This document shows, in pieces, positions 27,101-42,100 of a stretch of DNA of 64,000 bases. Source of the stretch: Pocillopora damicornis (taxonomy: Eukaryota); contig NW_020843606.1 of NCBI RefSeq assembly GCF_003704095.1, positions 124,001-188,000 of the forward strand. The letters run 5' to 3'. The translations under genes and the position numbers were made by a program. The stretch's first letter is position 1. Every line of letters begins with the position of its first letter. The notes beneath the pieces are model-generated. The model made no database searches, had not been told where the DNA came from, and saw only the letters and a program-made list of their open reading frames with translations.

Positions 27101-30100
27101 TGTATCCATCTTCATTTGGAACACATGTACCGTTGTTGCGACACGGTGATGACGAACAAGGATTTAATGCTGCAATATGGAAGTGTTTTTTTAATCTTAC
27201 AAAAGTATGCCACGCACAAATGTATTCATTATTTAGCAATGGTTGTTCACATTTTTGGCTTGTTGAATAATGTATGAACACAGGCAAAGCATTTTGGTTG
27301 AAGAAAACATCGCTCGGCTCGACTTGGTATGTCACGTTTTGCCGGTCACTGTTTTCGAGGTGCTCGTTTGCAGTCTCAGTATCCATCATCCTCCTTCATC
27401 TTCGCTCTTTTTATGTTTGATCCATCCATTTTGGTATTTTTCTATCCTAATAAACTTATATTGTAATCCTCTTTTTCGCGTAAGAGGTAATTTCGGGCAT
27501 AAAACAGGTAACGAACCATGATTTCGTGACGTAGCTGTAATAACAACAAACACAACTAATGCGCTTATCCTTGAACAAAGCACAAGGGAAAAAGGATTCG
27601 ACAGTTTCTTAAGAAGCACACAAGGACTTACCCATGCAGACAGAGTCCTTCATCTCTTCTGTAAACAAAGCCGTGTCTATATCCCAAGACTTAGAATACT
27701 TATAGTACATTGACATTGGTTTAGAGGCGATTTCTTTCAGTTGCCCTTTCGCCATCTTGTCTCCATTACCAACTGCAAATATTTTGACGCCGTATTTCTT
27801 GATGGCCTGTGAGATTTCGCCTATAGCGTCATCAGATCTTTTGTTTTGTAGAAGGATAATGACTTTGGGGACACCATTGCGACCATACTTAGCAAAAACC
27901 TCGTCCTTGACATACTTTAGACCTTTCCCAACGTAACGCTTCTTCTTGTTAAGCAAATAAATCTTGGAAATAACTTTATAAAGGTCTGTATAACTAAAAT
28001 GATAATTCAGATTGAGAATTATTTGAGAATCGTCGCCATAAAGCACCAAACCAACATGCGCTCCTTGTTCAGAAACGTGGAGTACTTTCGCGACATTTTT
28101 GATGAGTCGTATAATTCGCAAAAAATTTTCCATCTTGGCTCCTTCCGTCCCATCCGCAAGAAATACAAGATCCATCGTGGTATTACAAGCTGCAAGGAGG
28201 AAAAAATAACAATTACGGCTGACCTATCTAAGAGTAACAACATCAGAAGGTCATTGAATGTTCAACTTCCAAAAATGATGTCTGTAACTTCTTCTCTCAA
28301 TATCAATACCATTACACGTGCGATGGGGTGAGACAAATTCATCAGCGAGGTAGTTTTTTGGTACGGGAACAAATTTTGTAAACTGATTTTCAAGAAGTAC
28401 TAAGCAGCAAATAGAGAAAATTCCCAAACAGATCTACGGGTTTAAAACAATTTATTCAGAAACCGAGATATAAGGAGTGAAGTACCATTTTATGATTTTT
28501 TCTTTGCTTTTCTGCGTGTTTTTTTTTTCTTTACCTTTGTCGCATTTTTTCCCGTAGAATCCGTCCAGACACACACACTCATGTGATCCAACCTGGCTGA
28601 TACAAACTTGTCCTTCGCTGCAAGTGTTGTTTACGACACAATTGTCTATTACTGCAATTGAAGAAAGGATCACACTCGTAAACAAGGCATACATTAAAAA
28701 CTTGAAATATCAATTTAGCAATATAAGTAGTGAGGTTGCTAGATCTTGAGAGTTCAATAAAGAGTAATGATTACCCGTCCGTACCTTCTTCACAGTGAGT
28801 TCCCTTCACTCCTTTAGGGCATGCGCACTCGTATCCATGCAAAGAGTTGTGGCATGTTCCGTTATTCATACACGGACTGCTGAAGCAGTGGTCAACGGCT
28901 GATATTTAAACAAAAAGAAGCAATCATTTACAATGTCCACAAGAAATGTTCTTTATCGTCACTAAAGCAAAATGCAAGTCACCCTGGGAACAAAATCGAA
29001 CGGATACTGCAATACTATGAATCATCAGCATGTACATTAAAAAATTCCAATGATCTCTTGTCTTGATTACAATTTTTATTCAACTCTTCTACCCCCCTCG
29101 CCCAGCCCTCCCCTCTCACCAGGTTTCGTCCTTTCAATTTCTTGAGACGAACGTAAATAAACTAGATGTAGAGAGGCACTGTGTCTTTTCCACGAGAATA
29201 AAAAAACAACACGGTTTTGAAGATGTTTCGTTTCAATCTGCGCCCATCATCTTCATCCTTAATCCTCCTCAGTCCTTTTTAGTTTAATCTCGTCGCTATT
29301 TTTTTTTAATATAATCAAACTGATATGTTCCCGTAACACAAAAGGACTCAAAATCTCGGGAATAGGCAGTAATAAACGCAGCTACATAAAACTGCATTAC
29401 GCAAATCCAGGAACAGTGTACGAGGAGAAAAAGGGTAAAACGATTTCTTTACGGGAAAACTAGGATTCAATAACCATAAAAGGTACTCTTTCCACCAAGC
29501 ATCCGCAAACACATGCAAGTAACTCAGCCTTACCTTCACAAATCATTTCATGAATTTTCCAACTCATATGTACAAGTTGGTAGTAACTTGTGAAAACAAT
29601 AGTGTTTAAATGTGGTTGGCTTGCCACGACTTCAACTTGTTTGATATCGTACCAGTCTCCCATAGCAACAACTAGAATTGTTACGTTCATGTTATGGAGT
29701 AATTTCGATGCAACTGCGACACCATCGTTTGACGTCCCAGCAGTGAAAACAACAAGAACACGGTGAGCATTTTTTCGGCTGTTGTTGAAGAATTCTTGTC
29801 TTGTATAATTCAGCGATTTTCCAATCAGTGACCCAGGAGGAAGTGTAGGTAAGTTCTCCAATGACTGCAATGTTTGGTTTCGAGTGTAATTGTAGTAACT
29901 TTCTGTTTTCATAACCGACGAATACAGGACCACTCCAATTCTTGTGTTAGGATCATGAAGATAGCCCAGGATAAACTTAATAATGTTTATTATGTAGACA
30001 AAATATCTATTTCCTGTGTTCTGGTTGGAAGATCCATCTATCATAAAGACCATGTCAATCATGGTTTCTTTGAAGACTGTAAAAATAAAATTTATATCCA

Positions 30101-33100
30101 AATGTGAGATCTTTTGAAGGGCATATAATTAAACTAACATTCATAAACAAAGCAAAACCGGCAGATAAGAATGCGAGAACTCCTTAACATTTGTTCATCT
30201 GTTCGTTTTTTCTAATCCCAAATCCTTATCTTCCGTTAGCTATGTTTTTTTCTTGTTTGTTAGTCTCTGTCATCACACAACACCTTCAGAGTTTCTACGC
30301 TCCGCAACTGATTACAGTAAAGTCGAAAAAGGTAGAAGTATTTCAAAGCTTCAAGGAACTTAAGGAGTCTGATGTCTTGAAAAAAATTTTGGTTTCGAAA
30401 AATTAAAAGTTCGTGGGACATTAAAGTCAGTTCTGCCTAATCATGCTTTGCATGAAATTGATAGAACACCTATACGTATTCACCTTTATCACAATTTTTC
30501 CCAGCATATCCTCCTGTACAGTTGCAGTGGTAGTCACCCATTCGTTCTTCACAAGTTCCTCCATTCTGGCAAATTTTGTGCGGTAATGAACATTCTTTGA
30601 TGTCTAGTAAGACGAAGAAGAAGATAAACAGATTAAAAAGTCAAAGAGCTTTGGCTTAAAAACAGACAGATCAAAATTACGCAACTCCATTTATTTACAG
30701 ATAACTTTTAGAAAAATAAGACCTCAGTTCATTCGCCTTGGACAAATGTTGTGTCAGTAACTTGCTTACATTTATAAAGTTACCAACCTTCTTCGCAGTT
30801 GGGTCCGGTCCAGCCCGGTGAGCATGCGCAGTAATAGGAGTTGAGTGGCAAGACTTCGCACGTACCAGCATTTTTGCAAGGATCAGGATTGCATGGATCA
30901 TGAACTAAATATAAATTACAACTTTTAAGTACGTACTTAGTTTGAAAGCCAATTTTTTTCAATGCTTTGCACAGCGACAAGTGAGGGTAGGTGGAATATC
31001 AGCTAAAATTATCTTAAAAATTAAGGAAACTGACCCCGTTTAAGTACTGCATTCCCTTCCAAATGGAACGAGATAAGTGACATTTATATCAAAGGTAAAA
31101 ATCCCTATTAAGACATTTTGAGATCAAGGTATTTCGTTTCTCGGGAATGCTTGAATGTTTTGGAGAAAAACCAATTGGCGCCACTTCGCAACGTCCATTT
31201 CACTGAGAATCTCGCGCAACAAGGGTTATCAAAAAAGTAAGGCATAGGTTATTGATGTCGCATGCAAGGAAACCTCTCTTCTTTCTAAGCCTCATCTGAA
31301 ACTATCAGATATAATAAAGATCCTATTGTGCTGACCTTTATCGCATTTCATTCCTGAATATCCTGGATGGCAAATGCATACGTAGCCACTTTCTGAAGAT
31401 TCACAAGTTCCATTCATACAAGGATTTCCGGAGCATGGGTCAAGTGCTAAGATATAATGATAAAAAATTCTGTTTTGATTATGCAGTTTCAGTTTTAGCC
31501 CTCTCCGATCAATTTACGTTTCATTTGTAGTTACGTATCCCATTTCCTTAAAACAATAATCAGTCGTGATTTACTAACGTAAAGACGAAAAGAGGCCTAA
31601 GAGCCTACTATTCATAATTGATAAAACAAGATACTTACCTTCAGCCATCCTTTCTTTAAAGTGTGCAACCTCAAATCTAAGCTCTTTACCAGAATCGTAA
31701 GTGAGTATGTGGTCGCTGTCTGGATCGGAGGAGATCTCCTTAACTTGACCCAGGCTGTATTCACTCCCAACAGCAATTGTAAACACTGTCACATTGTAGT
31801 TCTTCAGTAAAAGATACGAGGGAACTGCGATTTCATCATGGCTCTTGCTAGCTGTCAATATCACTAGTACTTTTTGAACTTTTGGGCGTGAGATGCTCGC
31901 GTTATGGAGAATAGAAGTAACGTATAACATCGCGTCTCCTAAATTACTTTGGACACTTGCAGGATACATAGTTTTATCAACAGCTTTTTCAAGAGATGAC
32001 TGGTTGAAATGATCATTTAAATTCGCCACAAGAATGGAATTGTCACCATAAACGGTTACACTGGCATGTGTTTCGTCCTCAGATACATTTAGGGAAGCAG
32101 TTACGGCATTGGTGAAGGAGGTAAATGTGAGGAAGGTCTCTTTTGTTACTGACTGACTTCCATCAATCAAGAAGGCAATGTCCAATTTGGTATCAAAGGC
32201 TAAAATAAGATTTAAAAAGATGCAAAGCAAGAATATTAACATGATCAGGACTACGTAGGGGGGGGGGGGGGGGGAAATATGGTCAATGGATATCACAGAA
32301 TATTCCTAGCTTATTATCTATCATACTCCCACTTCCAAAAAACGCTTTATACATCAGTAGGCGCTTTTTTCCAAAGACTGCTGTAGTTATTGATGATCTC
32401 ACTACTGTTGTTTCCTTAAATTTATTGTTGCACAGTTTTGTTGCTGCTGCTGCTGCTACCCGCGTTGATAATATAGATTCTGGTCCCTTTCAGTGTTTAG
32501 TTTTTGTTTTTTTTTGGTCTTTTTTTTATTTTCGTTTTGTTTGTTTGCTTGTTTCTTTTACTTCTTTTTAATCGTTTTTAATTTGGTTGTCTCTTTTTGG
32601 CTAAAAGAAATTCAAGTAATTACCGGAAAAATCAGTTTCTCCCTAAGGATAACAATAATCGTCTAAGTAAAAAGACAAATTTTGGAGAAAAACTCAAAAA
32701 AGGTTGGCCAGACGTGAGACAAGTCAAGAGAGAGGTATTATCTCACTTGTCTCTACACGAAGAATACTCACCATATTGGCAATTGGCACCATACCGTCCG
32801 CCTATGCACACACATTGATAACCTCCCAAAGTATTAATACAGGACGTTCCATGAGTGCAATTTGGAGCGTCTATGAGGCATTCATTTACATCTGGTTGGA
32901 ATGAAAAAAACCAATTCTTTAGCATTACGATTTCCATTATTTGATTTGAGAACTGATAATTGGCAAACTGTGTTAGTGTTCCCCATCTTTGGGAATCCTT
33001 TTCCCGATTTGGAGTATATTGTTCACTTTGTATTTTTCTCTCGCTAGTCTTATATGTTGTGGTTTCACTCTCACTTGAGGTACTTGCAGTTTTGCAAGTG

Positions 33101-36100
33101 CATTTGTTCTATAGAAGCACAAAAAATTATTTGAAAGAGGCATTGGGATAATTTTTAGATAGGAGGAACTAAATTTGTTTCCCGTCTTAAAGAAAGTAGC
33201 GCTTTGTTTTAAAGGACACAACCCGTCAATCACCGCTCTAATTTGATATTTCTTTCCTTCCACTGAAGTGAAATCGATTACCTTCTTCACAAGTTGGTCC
33301 CTCAAAGCCCACTGGACAAGAGCAGGTGTAGTTTCGCGCAGTTCTACTGCAGTTCCCTCCAAAACGACAGGGAAAGCTAGCGCAAGGATCAACAACTGTA
33401 AAGACAAAACCATGCCATGTTACTCTTACTTAGAGTATCAAATGATAGAAGAGATATGGGGAACAAAATCAAGCTGACGTGATAATTGATGGCGTCGGAG
33501 TTCTTGTTACAACTGTCACTTTTGGCCGCGAAATCTACAGTAATATACGCAATTGATTCCTTTATTACCTTGACTTACAGCACCGCTGACACCACCTTCC
33601 AGAACATCCATGTGTGCATCGCGTATTGTAATAACGTTATCGTCTTTTGGTTCGCTCGCAACCACGTCTAATTGTTTGATATCGTAACCGTCTCCAATTC
33701 CAACGACAACGATTTTTATTCCTTTATCACGAAGGTCTTTGGAAACTTCTGTAAAATCACCAATTAGTAAGTGACCGACGAAAACAACAAGGACGTCAGG
33801 TACGTTTTCTCTGCCAGTTTCAAATATCTGCCTCCTAGCAAGGCGCAGAGCATTTTCAATGGAAGCGGTTGTCTCGTTTATGAATGGTAAATTCTCAATG
33901 GCAGCTGTTACGGTGGAATCATCGTAGTGCTCAGTGAAGTTAAATCCAATAACTGCAGTCGTCGCATAGACTGCTGCAGCCACATTGGTTTGATGTTGGG
34001 AAATGTTATAGTCAGACAAAATTGTGTTTGCAAACTGCAGTGTTTTTCGGAAAAGATGATATCCAAGGTGAGCTGACCCATCAAAAAGGAACATTAGATC
34101 AAATATGTCCGTAGCCAGTCCTGAGAAAGAAGATTGAAATAAGAATGTAAGCAAACCTGAAATGTATATAGCTTCACAGGTGGAAACTTGCATGACCTAA
34201 ATATTTCCATAGTATATGGATGGTGATGGAGGAGGATGCAGACCCTATATAAATCGGTTCACATGTGCACAATTGCACATTACAGAGAAAAAAATAGCTA
34301 TTCCGAGGAAAGAACAATCAAACAAAACAAAACAAAAAAACCAAACAAGAGAAGCAGCCAATAGAAACTCGAGAGGGGGAAAAGCGAGAGATAAAGTGAT
34401 CTTTGGGTCTGATTAGTTGGTAACTAAGAGTGGCTTTCTAAGGAATAACCATAAACGTAATAAGGCCACATCAACACTCTGTAACATATATAATAAAGAA
34501 TAACTGTACCGAGGAGGAAAATTATTCTCAACAAGTATACAGATAGAGCATTATTATTTTTCTTAAGTTGTCATAGGTAAAAATATTTCTACTGACACAC
34601 AAAAAAAAAACCCACCTATTTGACAATGGATCCCAGTAAAGTTTGGTGCACAGATACACTCGTAACTGCCAAAGGTATTTCTACAACCGTATGCTCCATT
34701 CAAGCAGGGGTTGTTGAAACACTCGTCAATATCTGTAAACGTCAAGTAATGGTAAACAAAAGTCATTAGGTGAGATGAAATAAAATTCTGTGGGTAATGA
34801 GGTTAGTAGTTTCAAAACCAGTTTATCGCGCGTGCAGGAGAAGGTTAATTCGAAATTACATACATGATGCCTCTGCATCGTAGGACTTCTATTTACCATA
34901 TGATACTTTCGATAACGAATTTAAAGTAACTGTTCACCATTCAAAAGACAAATTAAACTCAAAATGTTACCATGTAGGAGGGAAAGAGCAGGAAAGAACC
35001 CATTGGCGCGCATGGGACTGACGCTTTAATGAAGTAGATGATGACCTGCGGGTATCTTATTTGAAGATTTATCATTGCGTGAATGGTTCCCTACGTGATC
35101 ATGCACAGATTAATAGAGCAGAGACATACGAAAAGTCATAAGGAGAGTTAGCAAAGGTACAGCAATACACAATCTACTGCAAAATAAAACAAGAAAAAGT
35201 TGTCCCTAAAAAAAATTCGTTCAGGTAAAAGGGGGCAGTTGTTCCCATCATGCCTTACCTTCCTCACAATTTTTCCCCCTCAAACCAAGAGTGCAGTCGC
35301 AGTTGTAATCGCCATCAAACGAGGTACACACCCCTCCATTTTTACAGGGCAGAGAAACGCACAAATCTTCCACTAGGCAAAGAAACGAAATTGTCAATTC
35401 AAAAATGGAATTTAATCTAATCAAGTATGGTATTGTAAATGTAAAAATGTAAATTTAAGTTTGCTTACCTTCACAATTTCTTCCACTGAATCCTGCAAGA
35501 CAAGTGCAATTATAGCCATTTTCAGAGTTGAGGCATGTCCCACTGTTCAAGCATTGATTGTTGAAACAGGAATCCACCACTGAAACATAGTGACAATCAG
35601 TAATTATGTATGCAATTGTGCAAAATGGTTCGGAGTTAGCTAAGAAAATAACGGCTAGAAATTTATTCGTAGCAAACAAACCTTCACAGCTCGTTCCGGA
35701 ATAACCGGAAGCACAAGTACAATTGCGCCCTTCATCTAGATTTTGACACGTTCCATTGTTTTGGCAAGGACTGTTGTAACAATAGTTCTGAGCTAAAATT
35801 AAAAAACAAATCGAATGTCACAGTATTAAAGCTTGAAGACTCAAACTACCAGTAATACATGAAAGTGACCTTTGGTCAAATTTTTGTTATCTGATTGGCC
35901 AAGAGTTTCGCACGTCTTTGACCAATCACATAGCTAAGAAAAGCACACCAATGCAACAATCAATCAAAGATTGTGCTCCTACGGAAAACTGTAAAATAAT
36001 TCTATTTAATACTGAGTGTGAAGAACTACACACCTTCGCAGTTTTGTCCTGTAAAGTTGGCAGGACAATAGCAAATGTAATCTTCAAAATCATTAATACA

Positions 36101-39100
36101 GGTTCCATTATTGTGGCAAGGGTTTTCATGGCAGTAATCAATCTCTGAAAAAAAGGCAAAAAACCCTACCTTCAGTATTCCATTAATAAGGATTCCCCCG
36201 GCCTAAAAACTGTTTCTTGACGTCATACAACTCTAAAAGGTGACGTGCTTAGGAAATATCGGGTCCCTGTAAGCACCCCCTCTACAACTATTACAGTATA
36301 ACGCTAACCTTCGCAGTTTACCCCTGTCAATCCTAAAGGACATTCGCACTTGTAATCGTTTGGAAGATTGTGACATGTTCCATTATGTCGGCAAGGGTGG
36401 CTATGACAATAATCTCGCTCTGTAAATCAAATGAAAGGCAAGGTAAGAATACTCTGTGTCTCATTGTGTTGTGTACTTCGTTGTACTGCGTATTTTTTAA
36501 CAGCCGGCAATTCCGAGATACCAAAGCCTATGCTCTGTAATAAGGGCAACTGTGAGGACTTCACGTGGCATTTTCTTAACTCCAATACTCCAAAATATAC
36601 CAAGCACAGGAGAGAAAAGTGTGCATTTGGCTCAGTTAAGTTTTGTTGAGGTCTCTTTTTGTTCAACAAACCTGCGCAGCTCTTTCCAGTGTAACTTGGG
36701 GGACACGAACAAGTGTAGTTTTCAGGATTGCTTTGACATGTTCCATTGTTTAGACACGGGTTGCCGAAACAGTGATCTTTAACTGAAAATTGATAAATAT
36801 ATTAATGTACACGTAAGAACTTTGAGGTTGTAGAGATATATCAAATTGATGAGAGAATTCAGCTAAAGCTGATAAGGTTCTGTCACAAGGCGTACCGTTT
36901 TTTCAGGAATAGCCTTTCCTGTCTTTGAAGACGAAAGGTTTGAATAAAGCCACACTTTATTATGGCCTTTCTGGACATGGTCTTTGACATTACACAAACT
37001 AGTTACTTTTCCTATACAATTACAATTTTCAAGAGAAAAATGTTCGTGTTTATTGAAACAATCTGTAAACCGGAGAGAGAATAATCCATACGAGATGATA
37101 TTGAGCTTTTCGGGAACAGAAAATTTTTACGTCATACTTAATTACTTTCACATTTTCCCTTCGCTGAATCCCAGAAGGCAACTACACTGAAAGCTGTCTG
37201 CGGTGATGATACAGGATCCGTTGTTCGCGCATAGACTTCCATAACAGTAATCTATTTCTCCGGTAAAATATCAAATCATTTTTTCATTGACGTTCAAACC
37301 CGTTTTGATAATCGTGACCATCCTCATTCGAACAGAATTCCCTCAGCTTAACATCGGACGGGTTGCGGCATTAACAAATTGCCTGAAGTGCAGGAAAGCG
37401 CGAGTGATCAAGTCGCAACTGGTTTTAGTTTTGTATCCGATTCATTGGGCGGGTGTTACATAGTTTCTGGATCAATCATAGGGGGAAAGAAAGCAAATAA
37501 ATGAAGATTGCTCGAGGAACTAGCAAAGAAACCAACCTTCGCAGATCTGTCCATTGTATCCCTCTGGACACTCACAAGTGTAGTTATCGAATAGTCTAAC
37601 ACATGTCCCATTATTTAGACAAGGACTGTAAGAACATCGATGTAATTCNNNNNNNNNNNNNNNNNNNNNNNNNNNNNNNNNNNNNNNNNNNNNNNNNNNN
37701 NNNNNNNNNNNNNNNNNNNNNNNNNNNNNNNNNNNNNNNNNNNNNNNNTCTTTGATACTCACTCTCGCAGCTTGGTCCTGAAAACCCTGGCATACAATCA
37801 CAGGTGAAGTTGATCGGCAAATTATAGCAGGTTCCATTGTTCAAGCAGGGACTGTAGTGACAATGATCAAAGGCTATTGATAAAAAGAAATATATTTTTT
37901 TCAAAACAGTTTAAAAAAAGGTTCGGAAGTTCATCTTAATTTAGGGTTTTGAGAACACGGGAATGGTGGATCCTTCAATCCAATACTTGAAAATACAAAG
38001 TAAAAGCGGTGAGATTGATTATTTGACATAGGAAAGGTTTTGTAAAATTGGTTTTTTCAAAAAACTCCCTAAACAACAAACCTTCACAGCTTTTTCCAGT
38101 GTAATTTGGAGGACACGAACAAGTGTAGTTTTCGGAATTACTATCACATGTTCCATTATTTTGACATGGGTTGTAAAAGCAGTGATCTTTGGCTGCAAAT
38201 ACAAGACAGAGTTAACAGAGAATAAGAACAATGACGCTATCGATTGACAAAAAAGACAGGAAAGTATCTGAAATTTCCACGCTATAGTCATGTAAGCATG
38301 ATTTACACTGACAAGTTTTCTTGAAATTTATCTCCAAAAGTTCTTTGCCAAAGAGTAAGAAAGAAGATAAAATAGAAATCAAATTTAATATGAAAGAAAT
38401 TAGAAGGCCTCTTTCACATCATGTCTATCCTGGTGATACTCACTCTCACAGCTTCGTCCTGTAAACCCTGCCATACAATCGCAGGTGTACTTGTCTGGAA
38501 AATTTTGGCAAGTTCCATTATTAAAGCAGGGACTGTAGTGACAATGATCTATAGCTACAAATAAAACACAATACATGTTTCTGATTAGTAATACTCATAA
38601 ACATATAAACTCATTTTTTGTAACCAAGGTTTTGAACTTGATCCCATTTTTTAAGCTAAGGGTTTTTGGACAGAGCACAAGTTATGAGATTGTGCATTTG
38701 GCGCAAAGTAAGTTTTGTATGATACAAACCTTCACAGTTCTGTCCGGTGTAACTTGGAAGACATGAACACGTGTAGTTTTCAGAATTACTGTGACATGTT
38801 CCATTATTTTGACATGGGTAGTCGAAGCAGTGATCTTTGGCTGCAAATACAAGAGAGAGATAACGAAAAATTAGCCCAATGACATAAGCGATTGACGAAA
38901 AAGACTGGAAAGTATCGAAAATTTCCACGCTATACTAATGTAAGCAGGATTTACTCTGACAAGTTTTCGTGAAAACCAGCTTTTTCTCGAAGAAGAGTAC
39001 AAGAGAGGAATTAAAGGGAGGAGGAGAGAAAGTAGGAGGCCTCTTTCACATCATGTCTACCCTATGTGATACTCACTTTCACAGCTTGGTCCTGAAAACC

Positions 39101-42100
39101 CTGATGTACAATCACAGGTGTAGTTGTCCGGAAAATTTTGGCAGGTTCCGTTATTCAAGCAGGGACTGTAACGACAATGATCCACGGCTTCAAATAGATA
39201 AATAGAATAAAAGGAATATGATTATTCTTGCCTGATGATCGTAATGACCATAGAGTAATGCCTCGCTCTTTTCGTTTAGTTGATCAATCAAAGTACCATA
39301 CAAACCTTCGCAGTACTTCCCTGTAAATCCCATAACACAGTCACAAGTGTGGTTGTTGGCAAGATTAAGACAGGTCCCATTGTTTTGGCAAGGACTTTCA
39401 CTACAATGGTCAACCACTAAAGAAATAAAATAACGTCCTTATTGTTAATTTCTTCTCTTTCAAAGCCGACAAAGACAAATTTTTGGAGAAACGATTCAGT
39501 TAGTACAATCGTGGTTTCATCATTCTACAGAATTTTGTACTCGACCTGGTACACATTGTAAAATGGAAGAGAGGAAAGGAGTTAAAATTCAATTTACCTT
39601 CGCAATCAACGCCTTCAAATCCCCTCGGACAGTCACAAGTATAACTGTCCCCAAGGTCGTGGCAAGTTCCATCGTTTAAACAAGGAGAATCGTAACAATG
39701 TTTTCGATCTGCCAAGAAAAGAAGAATTAGTATATGTTAAATTATAATAATAGTGGTAGAGGATCGGAGCGTGTAATCCCAAGGTCTGAGGTTCGATTCC
39801 TCTTGGGGACTCAGATTTTTTTTCTATGTCCCACGCTCCTGACAAGACGAAAAACATCTTTCTCTACTAATTGTAACACTGTTTCTAGAATGAACCTTCA
39901 AAGCTGCTGTTAAATGGTGTCTCCCAGGTGATCCGTAAGTAAAGAAGGGCAAATCTACCAGTAATTAATTTTTATAATTATAAGAAAGGTATCAAAACTT
40001 GACTTGGTGATTCTTTTTTAACTAGCAACATAGTATGAAGAAGAACTGTTGGAGCAAGACTAATCTGAAAAAATCATTGATACTAACAGACCTTCACAGT
40101 TTTTCCCTTTAAACTCTGGTGGGCATCCACATGTGTAATTAGCTTCAAAGTTGTAACAAGTTCCATTATTTTTGCAAGGACTTTCATAACAGTGGTCAAC
40201 CTCTGAAAGTAGAGAAAGTTATAACATCACCCGTAACAGTAAGCAAATAAATGACTGTTGTTTGGTAAAAACATGATCATGACAACTTTGGTCGTAGGAA
40301 AACGCTACAATGTTGTATGAAACACCACCTAAAATCAAGAAAGGATGTCAACTTACTACTTTAACCCATTCACATTGGTCGATATCAAAAACAATTAAAA
40401 ACAAACCTTCACAGCTTCTGCCTTTGAAACCACCAGGGCAAGTGCAGTTGTACTCGTTCAGCAGGTTATTGCAAGTACCTTTATTTCTGCAAGGACTTCC
40501 AATGCAATGATCAACAACTGTAGAAAGAGACAAAAAGGATCGAGTTTGTGAACCACAATATTTGCGTAAACTACACTGGAAAACTAATTACAGCTACGGA
40601 ACACTTGCTGAGACGGTTTATGGGAAACGATATTTCAAGAACCCTTCTATTTAACCATGTACTATGCCAAACTCGCACGAAGTCCAAACGCGCTAACCTC
40701 TCGCTAGCAGAAATGTTCACAAAAACTAAAGAATTGTTTCTGCTTTCGCTCACCTTTGCAGACGTCCTCCAGAATAGAGCTGGCAAGACTTACAACTGAG
40801 TCAAAACTTGCCATAAACACATTCTCATCGGCGGGCTTGCTGGCAATCTCTTCGAGCTCCCGATGATCCGCGTTGCCGACACCAACAGAAATAATGTGGA
40901 CGCCTGTATCACGAAGGGCCTCGGCGTGATCGTCCACGTCATCATTTGCTCGACCATCCGTGAGAACAATAAGGATATGCGGGACTCCAGCTCGTGCTAG
41001 CGGGAAGAGACGAGTTCGTACACGATACAAAGCAATGCCAGTGTAAGTATATCCGCCATAGTATGGAATATTTTGCACAGCATCTACGATTGCCTCTTTT
41101 GTGGAATATTTTGTGAAATCAAATTGCACAAGGAAACGCGAAGCGCTCGAAAATGTTGCTACCGCGACAGTTGTGTCATCTGGGCCAATGACAAACGATT
41201 TAACGATGCCTTTAATAAAGTCTTTCATGATCTGATAATTGTGCTCGCCGGCGTTGTTAATGCTACCCGAAGTGTCCAGGAGGAAGGCTACGTCAAATTG
41301 AGTGTATTTGCATTCTAAGTTGAAAAAAGAAAGGAAGGAATTAAAAAAGTAGATAAGTCCTTTATTCCTTTCAGTGACAGAAGTTTAATATGTTAACCAA
41401 AGAATACGCACTAAGACGGCAGTAACAAATAGAGGAAAAATGCAGGTATATTTTCAGAAGAAAAGATATCGATGAATTAACACTATGGCCTTCTGATGCC
41501 CCTAATCCTGTTGGCAAACCAATTATTTGGAAAATACCAGCCGGCTTAGAATCAGATTTGAAGCCATTTTCTCCCAAACTCCTAGCATGCTCCAAAATGA
41601 AAAAAAAAGGCGAAAATGTGTTATTTTCTAAAATTTATCGCAGTTTATGAAGGGAAATGGGAACTGGGAAGTCAGTCATATTCATTATAAATAATTAAAA
41701 GGTCATATTAAGCAGGTGTAAGGAATTCTAGAAGAAATTCCTCTCTAAGCACCAATAATTTAATTATTTATTTGTTTTGTTAATCCCACTCGGCCTGTAT
41801 GACTTACGCGTGGTACAATTTGCTCCAAATCGGTTGTTTGAACACACGCATGCAGATCCTCCAGGAAAGTTCTGGCACACTTGATTTTCTGAGCAATGAG
41901 TGATACCAGTGTCACATTCATCTACGTCTGAAAATATAAAGACCATTGGTACTTCATATTTAGTATTTTGAGAACTCTGTTTATCTTCATTTTAATAGCT
42001 AGCGCTTTCGTAGGAGAAGCAAACTACAAGTGTTGTTAATAACGAAATAATTTTCTTTGGAGAACCTCCCCTACCTCCTTGGTGACCAGGCGATCTTTAT

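Noticed and set aside
39751-39865. tRNA gene (also 52751-52895 and 59515-59590)
   Set aside because: A/B boxes are present but there is no clean cloverleaf or acceptor stem, and they continue into SINE-like tails
34616-40517. Notch or fibropellin identity for the EGF array
   Set aside because: No LNR, NOD, ankyrin, CUB or avidin domains; the repeats are embedded among VWA domains
35469-40517. CRISPR-like regularly spaced repeats
   Set aside because: The repeats are 111-nt coding exons separated by introns in a eukaryotic gene; no cas genes
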